Origin: Vicugna vicugna
Lineage: Eukaryota
NCBI GenBank assembly: GCA_013265495.1
Contig: MU058636.1
Span: 2,963,967 to 3,027,966, forward strand
DNA length: 64,000 nucleotides
Reading direction: 5' to 3'
In this document: in pieces, positions 23,660 to 36,500 of the stretch
How positions within the stretch are numbered: the stretch's first letter is position 1
Layout: each line of letters opens with the position of its first letter
The notes under the pieces: generated by a model
Told to the model about the DNA's origin: nothing
Databases searched by the model: none
Seen by the model: the letters and a program-made list of their open reading frames with translations, nothing else
Translations under genes and position numbers: made by a program

Positions 23660-26600
23660 CTGAAAGAAGACAATGATTCTTTTAATATAAATCTTGAAGT
23701 TTTTAAAGTGAAATAATGACTCGCAGTCTTCTCAGTTCAATCACATTCTAAATTATTACTGCTGCCACTTTCTGGTCTTTATTTACTTAAATTCTGAAAA
23801 GATTTTTTTAAAGAATGGGAATTTGAAACACGATTTTATTTCCAGTATTTAATATATATATGTGTGGCGGAGTGTTTTTGCCATAATAAATGAAGAAAGG
23901 AAAAACAAAATTCATGATGCTTCCGAATGTAATTACTTTAGCAATGTTTCAGAACTGGACTTCTACCGGTTATCACTGTAACTCAGAATACACATTTTCC
24001 TTGAAAAGCTAAGAGTGGTTACCCTGCAGATCACATTACTAAATAGAAAAAAATTTAGCTGCTAATCTGTTTAGAAAAATAAAGAAAAAATAATAAATCA
24101 TTTACAACATTTTATGTTATAAAAATCATTCAAACTTAAACAAATTAACCAGAAACTATAACTTAAAGAACTTTATTAAAGTTAATGAAGGATTCAGTAA
24201 TAGTAGTTACTGTAATCCCAATTACATGATCATTATTTGTGGGAGGGGGAGGAAGAGCTATGTGTGACAAAGAACACTGTTCATCCGCAGTGAAAAACCT
24301 AAAGTGGACAGTAGAACTAAAATTTTTGAGATCCACTGGATTTATATTTCCAAGTCAATATATATTTGCATATACCATTCTTACGTATTTTCTGAAATGT
24401 TCACTTTTTAATTTTTATCTTCATCCATAATTAATGATGTTATTTTTTAAAACTACAATATTCATTCATTTCCCCTATGAGTTACAGAAATACAAGTGTG
24501 GCTTCCAGGCCTCTGTTAAGAGAGCAAATAACGCCTTCCTAAAAGTTGGGTCTAATCCAGAGCTGAGTGCTGGGAATAGCCTCGCTTCTTTAAATATAAA
24601 GAACAGAGAATGCCACTGGACCAGTCTGAACTGTGCCAGGTCCCAGGTTACCCAGCTCTTCTCTTCAGTTACCAATATTTTTTTTCCTCATTAAAAAAAT
24701 ACCAGAAAACCTTTGAAGATGACAAAGCCTACAGTGAATAAACTGGTCCTCCTACAGCATCATCGAGATACCAGGTCACTGATTGACTACCTACCACTGC
24801 GGCCACTGCCACTCCCAGTATGTCATCACTTTGAAAATGTGTTGAAAGTTATAAAACATCTCCTCAGAAAATCGCTACACACAAACAATTCTGCATTCAG
24901 TGGGATGTGACTGGACTCCATATTAGAGGGAGGAGAACTGGGTTCCATATTAGAAACTGTACTCTAATAACTATGTATTCTGTATCTCAATTTAAGAGTA
25001 TTTTAAATGATTAAAAGAGAAAGAAATCTACATCCCAGGTGGAAAAGCCCTTTCAATATGTCCAATAAGAATTTTTTGCTGCTTTTCCTAACTAAAATGA
25101 AATTAGGCCAAAGAGCGTAATACAGGAAGAGATCAGATGAAATCACACTGCTGTAAAGTAATTTGGTCTAGAAACTCTGTAAGTTCCATTAGAACAGAAT
25201 TCAAGTAACAGTTTGCAAGAATCATTAAGTTGTAAGAAAGCACCACCTATTTATTTCCTATAACAAAAAAGTAACGAACCCTAACAGCTACACAATACAA
25301 TGCGAATGTTAGTTCTCACAGATACGTCACTATTCACGGCTGTTTCTTTACGTGTGAATATTGGTAAACATGTTATGCTCAGAATTTATACAGAATCTAT
25401 TAATAGCTTCAAACTACTGTATAAGGGCTCTTCAGTCATTAATGCCCAGGAAATTATGCCCTTATAATGGTTCATCCACATGCATCTGTTTAACCAGAAA
25501 GAAATATAATTAAATTGAGGATTCCTAAGAGTTATGTAAATGATATAAACCTATTATTTCCTGGAATCAACTTTTGGGTTTAAAATTAATTTCTACTGTC
25601 TTTTATTCAAATTACAGTATTTAAAAATAACAAAGAAAACAGGCGAAAAAAACTTAATCCTTATCTTCCATAAAGGTTACACTAAAACATACTTTGGATT
25701 TTCTCTAATACCCATCATTATGGAAATGGAAAAAATAAATGATAGCACATCCTTACTATGGAAACTTCACAGTCATTAAATGACATGAGAGATAGATCTA
25801 TATGACTGACCATGGAAAGGTGTCCCCAATACATTAAACAAAACAAAATAATACACACACCCCACCCCACAAATACATAACACTAACTGTGGCAAAGTTC
25901 TTAGCATTTCCTATTTTAAAACTGATACAATCACTGTCACTAATAAACTGATATTTCATTTTCATATTTCAAAGTCAACGGTCTAATTTACATGCATCTA
26001 GACGTTCAGAATGTTGGAAACTTTTGGCCTATAGATGTGTTTGACACAGGTTAAAAAGGCATTTTTAAAAATGTTTACAGGGGGGCCTGAACTTTTCAGT
26101 TTGACACATACCTACTAATCTCTATTTACTCACACTGACCTGCTTCATACATTTACGATAACAGGCTGGCCTCAGAAAATATTTAAGTTTGTAATTCACG
26201 GTGAAGTTTGAAAGTGGCTCTGGGCTATAAAACAAGAAAAAAAGCAGAGTAAGATTTTAAAACCTACTTAGAGGGAGCCTGATCACCCCTTTGGGTGGGA
26301 AATGACAATGACAACTGCAAGAGGAAGTCTAAGATACATAAATCTAAGGACTTATCAAATCTTATAGCTAAAACTGTAAGTGACAGCAGCAGATAAAGCC
26401 TGTATCAGCAATAGAAGCTCACGTCCAAAATTAGAACTAAGAGCAATAAACCCACAAAATCAAATAGCTGAGTAAAGTAACACATTGCCTGACATTCCAG
26501 TGCCTGGAACAGTGACTGACACACAGTAGGTGTTCAACCAGTATTTGCTGACTGACTAATATTTCAGTGTCTTCAGTTTGTAGATGCAAGCAGAAATATA

Positions 26601-29600
26601 GACTAGACAGATCAGCACCAAGATCCAAATCCAAGCTTCAGCATTCTGGGCATTTTATCAAATGATCAGTGCAGTATGTGGAATGGGAATGCATAATCAT
26701 TTTGTGGCAGGGATATGGACATGTGAATATGACGTGTAAAACCCTTAATGTTTCATTTGTCAGGCTCTGGATCTTTAGTGTCAGCGATATGCCACAGTTT
26801 ATACAAATGTAAGGCACTCTGAAAAGTAAAATTAATTCTGAGCTACCGTATTAACAAGTACATTGTGCCTAGTTTTCAAACGAAGATAAAGACAGAGGAG
26901 TCTGGCCTTGTTCCCATGCTTCTATCTATGTGACAGCCCTGTTCCTAGACCAGGAGTATGAATCCACCTGCCACTGTATGCAGCCAAGCAAATCTCAGGA
27001 CTGTAACACCAAGGGAGGCAAACACTTAAGTCCCATCATTTCCTTTAGAAGGAATCTTGAAAGCAGTCACACACATAAGCATCTGGCTACACAGGCTGGT
27101 CAGTAGTTAATTGTTCTTATATTATATAAGACTCTTCTCAGACTTATTCAGATAAATCATGTCAATTATTACAGCTCCTCTCAGTAAATGTACAGCAATT
27201 CCCACAAACGTGAATTAGTTTCTTTTAAAATATTATGTATTACTTTAATATTTATTAATGAAAGACCTTTTTACGTCTTTGAAGTCAAGCTAAGCTCATC
27301 TATAAAATACCTTAAAAGAACTTCTATGTGTGAGGTAGTGGGATTCTCAACACATCAACTACTCGTTAAAAACAAGACTCTTATTTACAGCTTAAAATGT
27401 GATAGACTCAGATACATACTTACCTAAAAACAAAACTGTTAAATCAGGACTCTAAATGACTTGATATGACATGGAGTTCCTATCATGTAATAAAATTCCC
27501 AAGGGAAGGCCAATGGAAACAACAGCAGCTCTTCCATGCATATAATTTTCAGTTTAAAAAAAAAGTTTTCAGTCAGAACAGGGTATGTATGGTACAGTGA
27601 AAAGAAGTAAAAGTGCTAATAGTTTGCCATTTTTTTGGCTACAGAACAATTCTGGAGATGAGGAGCCTTTGGCTATGTTTGGTTTCCCAATTAAATCCTG
27701 CTTTTAGCTCAAAAGAGAGAAAAAGTGCATTTTAAATCAATTCATATAGTTAACCTCAGTTACTGTGTCTAAAAAATAGGAGGTATTTAATATATTGGAA
27801 GATGAATAAATAATGTACTAGAATATGCCACACTACAGCCAACATTCCTAACATTTCAATAATGTACCGTAACAGGATACTTTAAGTATAACCAGGAAGT
27901 GGATCTACCAACAATTACCAAGAAAAAAACATACTCTAACACTGTGTACTATTATACACAGTTAGGTGATGAAGGACTCACTGTTGCCCACACACAACTA
28001 CCATGGAATACAAGCCCTAAAACAGCCCATAGTAATAATGAAAAACAGTTGCCCTGAGGAGGGAAAATAGAAGAAGACATTTCAGAAATCCTCCTATTCT
28101 TTACAATATGTTTGTCAATCAACTCATTATTCAAAAGTGATAGCAAGCCCTCCTACTTAAGAAGAATCCATTCTGTTCGGCCATGAAGACGCTGATTGTT
28201 CCAGGCTGCCTGTGCTTCCCAGGGCTATTCAGCCCACACAGACAATTTGCATCAACCTGTGACTAGTGACACTGTCACTCAGCGGTGCCCCAGATAGCCA
28301 CGGCCTCACGTGCTCTTAAACACTGAGGTTCTCATTTATAAATTAAAGTCTCTGGAATACTCGTGAATTCTTACTCAAATTTAATTGGTTTATTAATTAT
28401 TATTTATTAAATTTTAAATTCATAATAAATAATTTATCAGTTTATTTAGCATTAGTATGACAAATTATTTAGCAGCAGAATTCTGCAAAACAAGCAGGAA
28501 ACGAGACATGCCGATGTGAGAAATGCATCAATATCATACACAGTATTAGTACAATTATCAGTAAAATATAGCACAAAATTCTGCATCCATGCAGGATATA
28601 TTATCTATGCTAAGAATGTTAATTAACATAATCACTGACTGCTCATAAGGGGTGAATGCATCATGCCACTCATTAAAAAAACACAGAAACTGTAAGCTCA
28701 TGAAAGTTGTTACCGAATACAAACCCAGGAGCACCAAAACATTTAGCCTCACAATACAGAAAGCAAAACATACGGCAGCAGGTGGCTTCAAAGCGGGGGA
28801 ATAAAGAAGAGAACTACACAGCAGTAAAGTACAAATTAAAACCAAAAGGAATAATTTTACAAAAAATAGTTAAGGAAAAGGACAGATGAATTCCTGGGAA
28901 AAAGTAAATGATTAATCAGAGAGAGCAAAAGAAGGAATATTTATAAGGAGGAAAGACAGTTATGAGCAAATCAGACAATCATCTAGAGACCCAGACATGA
29001 AGAGAGTAGAATGCATCATTGCCAGAGAAGTAATTCACGAACTAAAGGACACTGGCATCGAGCTAGAAAATATCACCCATGCTCTTTGCAAATTTAGAAA
29101 CTTAGGCTCAAAGTTAAAGAAAAGTTGTCTAAGGTCATAAGAAACCAAATAAACCGGTGCAGGTCAGTTAAGTATGACAATCTTCTGCCTTGTCCTATAC
29201 GCTGAGCAATGTTCTACTGTTTTCTTATCAATAAAATAGCCTATGCTCGTGTCTACTGGACACAACCCACAAGAATATGTGAGGCATTCTAGAGGTTGCT
29301 AACGTATCAACAACAACTTAGACTAACGAATACCGTGAGACAGATATAAAGTCTGAGAAAGATCCTGGAGTCTCTGGGTCTCTCATTATGACAACTGGAT
29401 AACAGTGTTCCTACCACTTTCACTTCTCAGATTTTATTTTCAGAATATTCATGACATTAATGTTTCAACAATTACCAAAGGTACTGTCCTTACTCTATCT
29501 TCAAAGTTTTAGAAAGTATGACAATGGTATAAAAACTGCTTTCTTAGGGAATAAAACAAAATTATTTTCTCAGTTTTCTTCAAAGCAGTTCTACAATGCT

Positions 29601-29622
29601 AAGAGGGAATCTGAAATAACAT

Positions 29623-29631
29623 CACACACAC

Positions 29632-29664
<33 letters not shown>

Positions 29665-29666
29665 CA
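29623..29666. repeat. Imperfect (CA)n microsatellite
   Basis: cacacacacacacaaacacacacatacacacacgcacacacaca seen directly. Confidence 0.9.
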
Positions 29667-29739
29667 TTTCCATATGTATGTTGGCCTTTTCTGGCTAGCT
29701 TAGTTATATTAGGTGAAAACTAAGTACCCAAGTAAAGGG

Positions 29740-30512
29740 TGTGTGTTAAATGAATGTTTCTGTTAAGGTACTTTAAACAGATATGTTTGCACAATTCTGT
29801 GAATATTCCAAAAAAATCAATGGAACTGTTTACTTTTTTAAAAGGGTGAATAAATATTATGGTATGTGAATTCTTTCTCAATTTTTAAGACTTGGAATTA
29901 CATTGTGAACCTGAATCTAACTGAGTCTCTAGACTTCAATACTAGTTTATAGGAAAACTGAGGACCAGAGAAATAAAGAAAATAACACTAAGAAAAAGCA
30001 AAACTTAAACCAAATCCAAATCCTGTACATTCTACAGACATACGTCCACTTCTTCCAACAAATCAATGGTAGAGGAAGAGAGAAAGAAATGGGGGCGGGG
30101 TAAAGGGAGAGGGAACTAAGAGGACAAAAGATATTTAAGTGACATCATCACATGTAATATGCAAACCGTTTTTGGATCCTGATTTGAACAAACCCACTGT
30201 TAAGTAAAATCAGGGAGCTTTTAAAATTGACTACGGAGTATATGTTATTAAGGAAGTACCATAATAATGATGACATCATTATATATATATTCTTATCTGT
30301 TAGAGATTCATACCTAAGGATTTAAGGGGAAATGACAAGATATCTGGGATTTGTTTTAAAATACTCTATTAAAAACACTTGGTGGGGGAAGATGGTGGTG
30401 AACAGGCGTAACAAGAATGGCACATACATTGTTAATTGTTGAAGCATGGTGATAGGTACACAGGAGTCTTTTAGATTATCTTTTCTACTTTTATGAATAT
30501 TTGAAACTTTCT
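29740..30512 (+). mobile_element. Old L1M (L1MC/ME-like) 3'UTR fragments
   Basis: Typical old L1 3' phrases: 'tgcacaattctgtgaatat', 'tatggtatgtgaatt', 'tctgggatttgttttaaaatactc', 'attgttgaagcatggtgatagg'. Confidence 0.65.
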
Positions 30513-30640
30513 GGGGGAAGGGTGTGGCTCAGTGGTAGAGCGCATGCTTAGCATGCATGAGGTCCTGGGTTCAATCCCTGGCACCTCTTCCAAATACAAA
30601 TAAATAAACCCAATTACCTCCCCCTCATAAAACAAAGCTA
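30513..30640 (+). mobile_element. tRNA-Ala-derived SINE (camelid Vic-1-like) inserted into an old L1 end
   Basis: Head gggtgtggctcagtggtagagcgcatgcttagcatgcatgaggtcctgggttcaatccc. TSD atttgaaactttct (30499-30512) / atttgaaacttcct (30641-30654). Confidence 0.92.
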
Positions 30641-33154
30641 ATTTGAAACTTCCTATCATGAAACTTTTTTTTAAAATTACAATTATAAGGCACTCTTGTT
30701 ACTCATAGAAGTCAAGTTCCCTTAACTATGAAAACTACATAAGCTGCCAAATATGGAGAAATTGCTTATTTGTGTATTCTTTTTAAACTTAATTCAAAAA
30801 TCTTTCAGGAAGTAAACATTTGTCTAATAAAACAATTACACCACCACAAACAACTTTGGGATAACTTTCCTATGAAATTTTTAGGGTTACCAACTCAGCT
30901 GCTAAGGTTTCTTCAAGATCAGAAAGGCCCAGGGATGGACTCTTGCCTGCAACCATGACTGCCCACTGAACTCGCTTCATAGCTATTACCTCAGTGACTC
31001 CAGAACTCAAAGGAGACAGGTCCCTCAGCAGCCTGCATCCAACCTAAATGATGTGTTACTGACCTCCAAACAAGACACTGTCACCTGCCAGAAAGTTGTC
31101 AAAAATATACAAATCGTCCATCTTTGTAGTCAACAATTATAATACAAACATAAAAAAAATTTCAAAATAATCTAAGATCCATTTGATATGAATGGTGCCC
31201 CTGCCTTGAGTGGGACAATCTGAATGACCATATGTAGAAACTCTGACCCTTAGATTCAAATTTATTATTAAAGTATATATTACTTAATTTTTCTGCCTAA
31301 TGAAAGAAATCTATTAATTCTACTCAAGTGGCTACAATGCTAATTAGATTTGGAATTTATTGGAATCATAGGATGTGCAAATGTCTTCCCATGTAACTAT
31401 CTAAAACCTTAAACTTGGTCTGTATATATTTCATGTACTTCCTATCTTTCAGAGCAACAATTCTTTTAGATGATAAAATAATAAGTGATATAATCTTGGA
31501 TCTTTCTCATGACTTGGTCTGAATTCTAGCCATAAGTGGTAAGGCCATTCTACTGAAAGGTATTATTTGCAGATTCTTTCAGCTTTTTGATTAGGTACTG
31601 TTCGAAATTCAGCTGCTAGTCCCCAAAGATTTCCTATTTTAATTTAAGGAAATAATAGGAAAATTTTAGGAAAAAACTTGAGGGCAGGAAGTACCTGTCA
31701 TGTAAAGAGAATATGGTTTGTTAAGTGTCCCTTTTCTTTAATAAATGACATTTCAATTATAGTGCCATGGAATAAGCAGTTAATGTACTTACAAATCAGT
31801 CATTTACATATTAATTAGTAGAAATACTTTACAAAAGCAAAACCTTATCAAACAGGCTCTAAAGAAGAAAAGTCTTAATGTATTTTTATTATTCCTCATA
31901 TTTTAGCAACAGTGTTCTGTTGGTTTGTTTGTCTTTGTTTTTGTCTATCAAAACTATACATTTCTTCAGGTCAAAAAAAGGAAAGGAGAGAGGAAAAGTA
32001 TAAAATGTTTGAGGAATAAAGACAGAATCTTAGAATCAAAGGAGGGTAATGTCTCTACAGGATGTTTTCATCAAGATATGGCTCTCTGGCGAATACCCCT
32101 AATCGTCTTTAAGGTCTCCTGACGCATTATGTTCGCCCAGGAGGGTGCTGGAGATTATTACTCTTCTAATTCCACACCGGCATTCCCCAGTATATTTTCA
32201 AATCTGTTATTTAATTTATATTACATATATTACCTATGTACATTTGGGAGACAGTTTAATAACTGTTACTTTACTTCTGGTGACTACTGCAAAGATCAAG
32301 TAAGCATGAACATTTACTGTAACTTCTAAGACCTTAAAGTGCTGTTAGACTCATATTTATATATAAGGAATAATTATCTGCAATCAAATAAATGCCTGTC
32401 CTTGATTTGTCCTTTTCCTAACCTTGCTCCATTATTTCCTGCCTTATATATGAGGCTGCCATACCTTCAGTCCTATTAGTCCTTGGAGAACCAGACATGT
32501 AAGTTATTATATCTCCTCAATTAGACTGTAAACTCCTCAAAGGCAGGAACCACAATGCCTTCTATTCCTTGTGTCTTTACTTCCTTCTCCTTCCTTTCAC
32601 CATTAGCCAGTTCTTCACAGAGAGGGTACTGGTGGTAGCTTTATTAAACATCCTTAATGAAGGCATGGTACAAGGACTGAACCAGCTAATCATCCTCCCT
32701 GAAGTGCGTCAATAAAATCATCAGGGGGCCATTAGAGAGGAAGAGGAAAATACCATGATGACCGTGACCATGATGCAGTCTAATGAGCCATGGCAACTAC
32801 TGGAGAGTGAGCCCTAAAAGGCAGCAGCTACGGTGCACATGCTTACCAACTATCCTCATTCCAAAGACTCAAGTCCTCTGAGTGCCTGCACTCACTCTAC
32901 AAATTTTTCAGTCTTTAAACCATTATTATTTTGATAATTTAAATCTGAGTAAAGTAGCCTGAAGAATGTACAAATTAGAAAAAATGTGGAAAGTGGTCTT
33001 ACTACACTGCAGCACAGCTATTATACAAAGTATATGTGGATTTACTTCTCAAAAGAAAGAATTTAGCAAAGAATTAAAAAAAACTGTAAAGACTCATCAA
33101 ACTACCATTCTAGTAATTTTAGACATGCTTAATATTATTGTTGATGGTGCTAAT

Positions 33155-33320
33155 TAATAACAGTAATAGTATCTACCAACTACTGACCATGTGTCAGATG
33201 CTGCACTAACAATAATTATATAGAACAGATACTACATTTTTCAGATGAGGAAACTGAGGCTAAATATCTTGCCAAAGTTAAGTAGAAGATTGAATACAGC
33301 AACTAACTATCCCTCAGCCC
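33155..33320 (-). mobile_element. MIR SINE fragment
   Basis: Core 'cagatgaggaaactgaggct'. Confidence 0.75.
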
Positions 33321-33337
33321 AAGACCTTAAGCTAAGA

Positions 33338-33560
33338 CAGGGTTTCCCAGCCTCACCATTGCTGATATTTGAGACTGGATAATTCTTTGTTGCAGCAGGC
33401 TGTTTTGTGCACTGTAGGACATGCACTATCCATCCCTAGTCTCTCCCCACTAGGATGCCAGTAGCACCCCACTCTCCAACAAGTCTTGGCAACAAAAAAT
33501 GTCCCCAGACATTGTCAAATGTCTCCTTGGAGGCAAAATCGCCTGGGTTGAGAATCACTG
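33338..33560. mobile_element. MER20 (hAT-Charlie), full length
   Basis: 223 bp with cagggtttc...gagaatcactg termini. Internal 'ggataattctttgtt', 'gatgccagtagcaccc' and 'aaaaatgtccccagacattgtcaaatgtc'. TSD agctaaga / ggctaagt. Confidence 0.9.
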
Positions 33561-36500
33561 GGCTAAGTGCTTCAACTTGTTGAATCATCAAGACCGCATT
33601 CTTGCAGAAATCTAGGGCAACAGAATAACTTAATGTTTAAACCACTCAGCAAAAAAGGATATTTCAAGCCATCTGAAATAAGACTAACTGAAAATATTTT
33701 ACAGTTAAGTAAAAATGCTGAGTGTAAAGTTGTCCCTTTGACCGGAGATAACACAGTTGCTGTTATTGAGGGGAAAAGAATCAAAACTTCTATTTTGGAG
33801 GTATTTTCAGATCACTCTTATTCTTCACCACCTTCTTTCCACACCATGTGCACATACAAACTCTGTCTTATTATTTTACAAATCACATTTGGCTTTTTTC
33901 TTTTATGCCTCGATCAATGTTATGCAATTTATCATTGTTTTATTTCACTCTGTTCTGAATGACTTTTGCTTGCTTTCAAAATAAATCTAAATCTTAATGT
34001 ACAAAGTTTGCCACAATTGTGAATATTGAAAAAAAAAAAAGTCCAAAGAGTGAAAGTATTCTATCTAATGGCAAAATCAATGGCTGGAAGATAAAAATTC
34101 CTAAACTGATTCTGGAGCCAAGAGAAAGGGGAAAAATGGCTAAATATCCAAACATTTCGAGAGTTTATTTTAAAATCCAATTGCTAAATAGCCATTCCTT
34201 GTCATCTTCATATTTATGATTATATAAGGGTTTTACTTTTGCAAATACCCTACAGTCAATTCAAATCAATAAATCGTTGAATTTCACAAATAATTTTAAA
34301 ATATCTTTTAAAACACTAGTTTGACATCTCCCTCTGCTATATATACGAAGAGAGATACCAACAGAGTAATTAACAGTGATAGGTCTAAATTTCAACTTAT
34401 TTTCCTTTCTGACCCTAACTGAATGAATGAATAATCTCTGATGGCTAATGGGTAGACAGATTTCAGGAGGGAGAGGGGCTTAGAAGGTATAAATCCCTCT
34501 GAAAAGTCATTTAGCAATTAATATCATGAACTGTAAAAAAAAAATGTTCCCTCTCTTCTACTGGTAGATTTACACCAATGATTTGATATAATTTTTTAAA
34601 GCAGCAGAAACAGAGCTATGACATATAAAAACATTTACTTCTAAAACTCAGCAATAAAAAAAAAAGCATGGGCTTAAAACATCCAGAAAAAATAAAAAGG
34701 TGAAAGAAAAATATAGCAGACCAACCTTATGGAATACTATGCAACCACAAGAATTTATAAAACATGGGAAAATATAAATGGAAGCAGGCAAGCCATTCCT
34801 CTGTTGTGACGGCACATGCCAGTCTGTCAGACTGTTAGAGCAAGACCGCTCTACAGACACACATTCATTCAAATCAACAACGCTCTTTCAATGAGCAAAC
34901 TGAGAGGCTTCGGAAAACACTCACACATAAATCTCTAGGCAGACACCAAAGACCCACTACCAAAAATGATTCCCATATACTCTTGGTGTTATAACATTGA
35001 GTTCCTTTTTCATTTTTTTAAGCTTATGAGCATAGTTAATTTACACTTAGAGATCTTCGTAATGAGCATGTGTTAGAAACTGTGACAGATGAAAGCAGTG
35101 AGCAATCAACCTGAACCTGCGTCCAATTGGACAGTTACATTGTGTATGTTTAGGTGGCAATATTTTAAAAATTTGAACATAAAAATTCAGTGGCTAGTTT
35201 ATGAGTTACTCCAATGCAGGAAAAAAAAGGTTTAAAAATTTTTTTTTAACTTTCCATGAATGAAAGGGCTGGAACTATATCAGATTCCTCTGGTACTAAA
35301 GAGAAAAATACTAAAACTGAAATTTTTATTAAAAATTGAATTTTCGTATGTTTTAATTTTTTAATTCTGAAAATTAATAAATAGCTTATAGATATTGAAC
35401 ACTTAAATCTTTTAAAAGTAAAAGTTAATTATGATTTTAAAAGATGTATTCTGCAAAGAAAGAAGGGCACAATAGAAGAGGAACCTCACAACTTAGAATT
35501 GGGATCAAACAGAATGATAAATTTTAAGTTATTAAAATTATGTAAGAATGTCAAAACCTTTCTAAAAGAGAAACTCTGTTGTGGAAAAGGGGAGACTGAG
35601 AGTTAGTTTATCGTATTTCGATTTACTGAAAATGTTTATACCATAAATAAGTTAGAAGACAGGGCAAGATACCCAGAGACGCAGGAACTTAGGGGAAAAC
35701 AGACAAGAGCGACCTTCATACTGAGTTGAGAGGCCGTCACACTGAGGAAGGCATTTCGACTAACTCCTGGTAGGTCTCGGGGCACTCCTGGGACCAATGG
35801 GAGGTGACTACAGAAAAGCAAATCATCAGAGCTGGGAATAAAAGAACCAGTTAGCTTATAAAGCAATGAGTTTCCCATCCTGGTAAGTATGTTTGCAGAG
35901 GGCCAGAAAACTACTTGTGTGTTGTACTGGGTAGAAGACTGGACCAGAGTCAAGATATCCTATCAGGCCTTTCCAACCGTACAAGAACTTGTATTTATTG
36001 AATGCTTACTAGTGTGTCAGACACTATGCTAGACATTTTATATACATTTTCTATGATAATGATAAGTCTCAATAATTGTGTTTTAAAAGAATATTTGATA
36101 TCCTGAGAAAATGATCATTCCATAATATTAATTTTAAAAACTGAAACATAAAACTATATTTACTGCATGAGAGAAAAATAGAGGTACATAAAGTATTAAC
36201 AGCTGTTATTTCTGGACTACAATGAATATCTGTGACACTATGGATATCTGTCAGAAGATAATTATGAGTGATTTTAAATTCTTTTCTGTATTTTCCCAAA
36301 TGTCTATAACAAGCATAATTTACTTTTATATTTATAAACAACAAAGATAATAAAAACAGAGTTCATGATATATTCAGTCATCTCACATTGCACTGATCCA
36401 ATCAAACAAAACATACGTGTATGCGTTCTCACACATATATGCACACACACAGCAACTCAGTTACATATAGTCTTATATTTCAGGCATCAGAACTAGTTCT

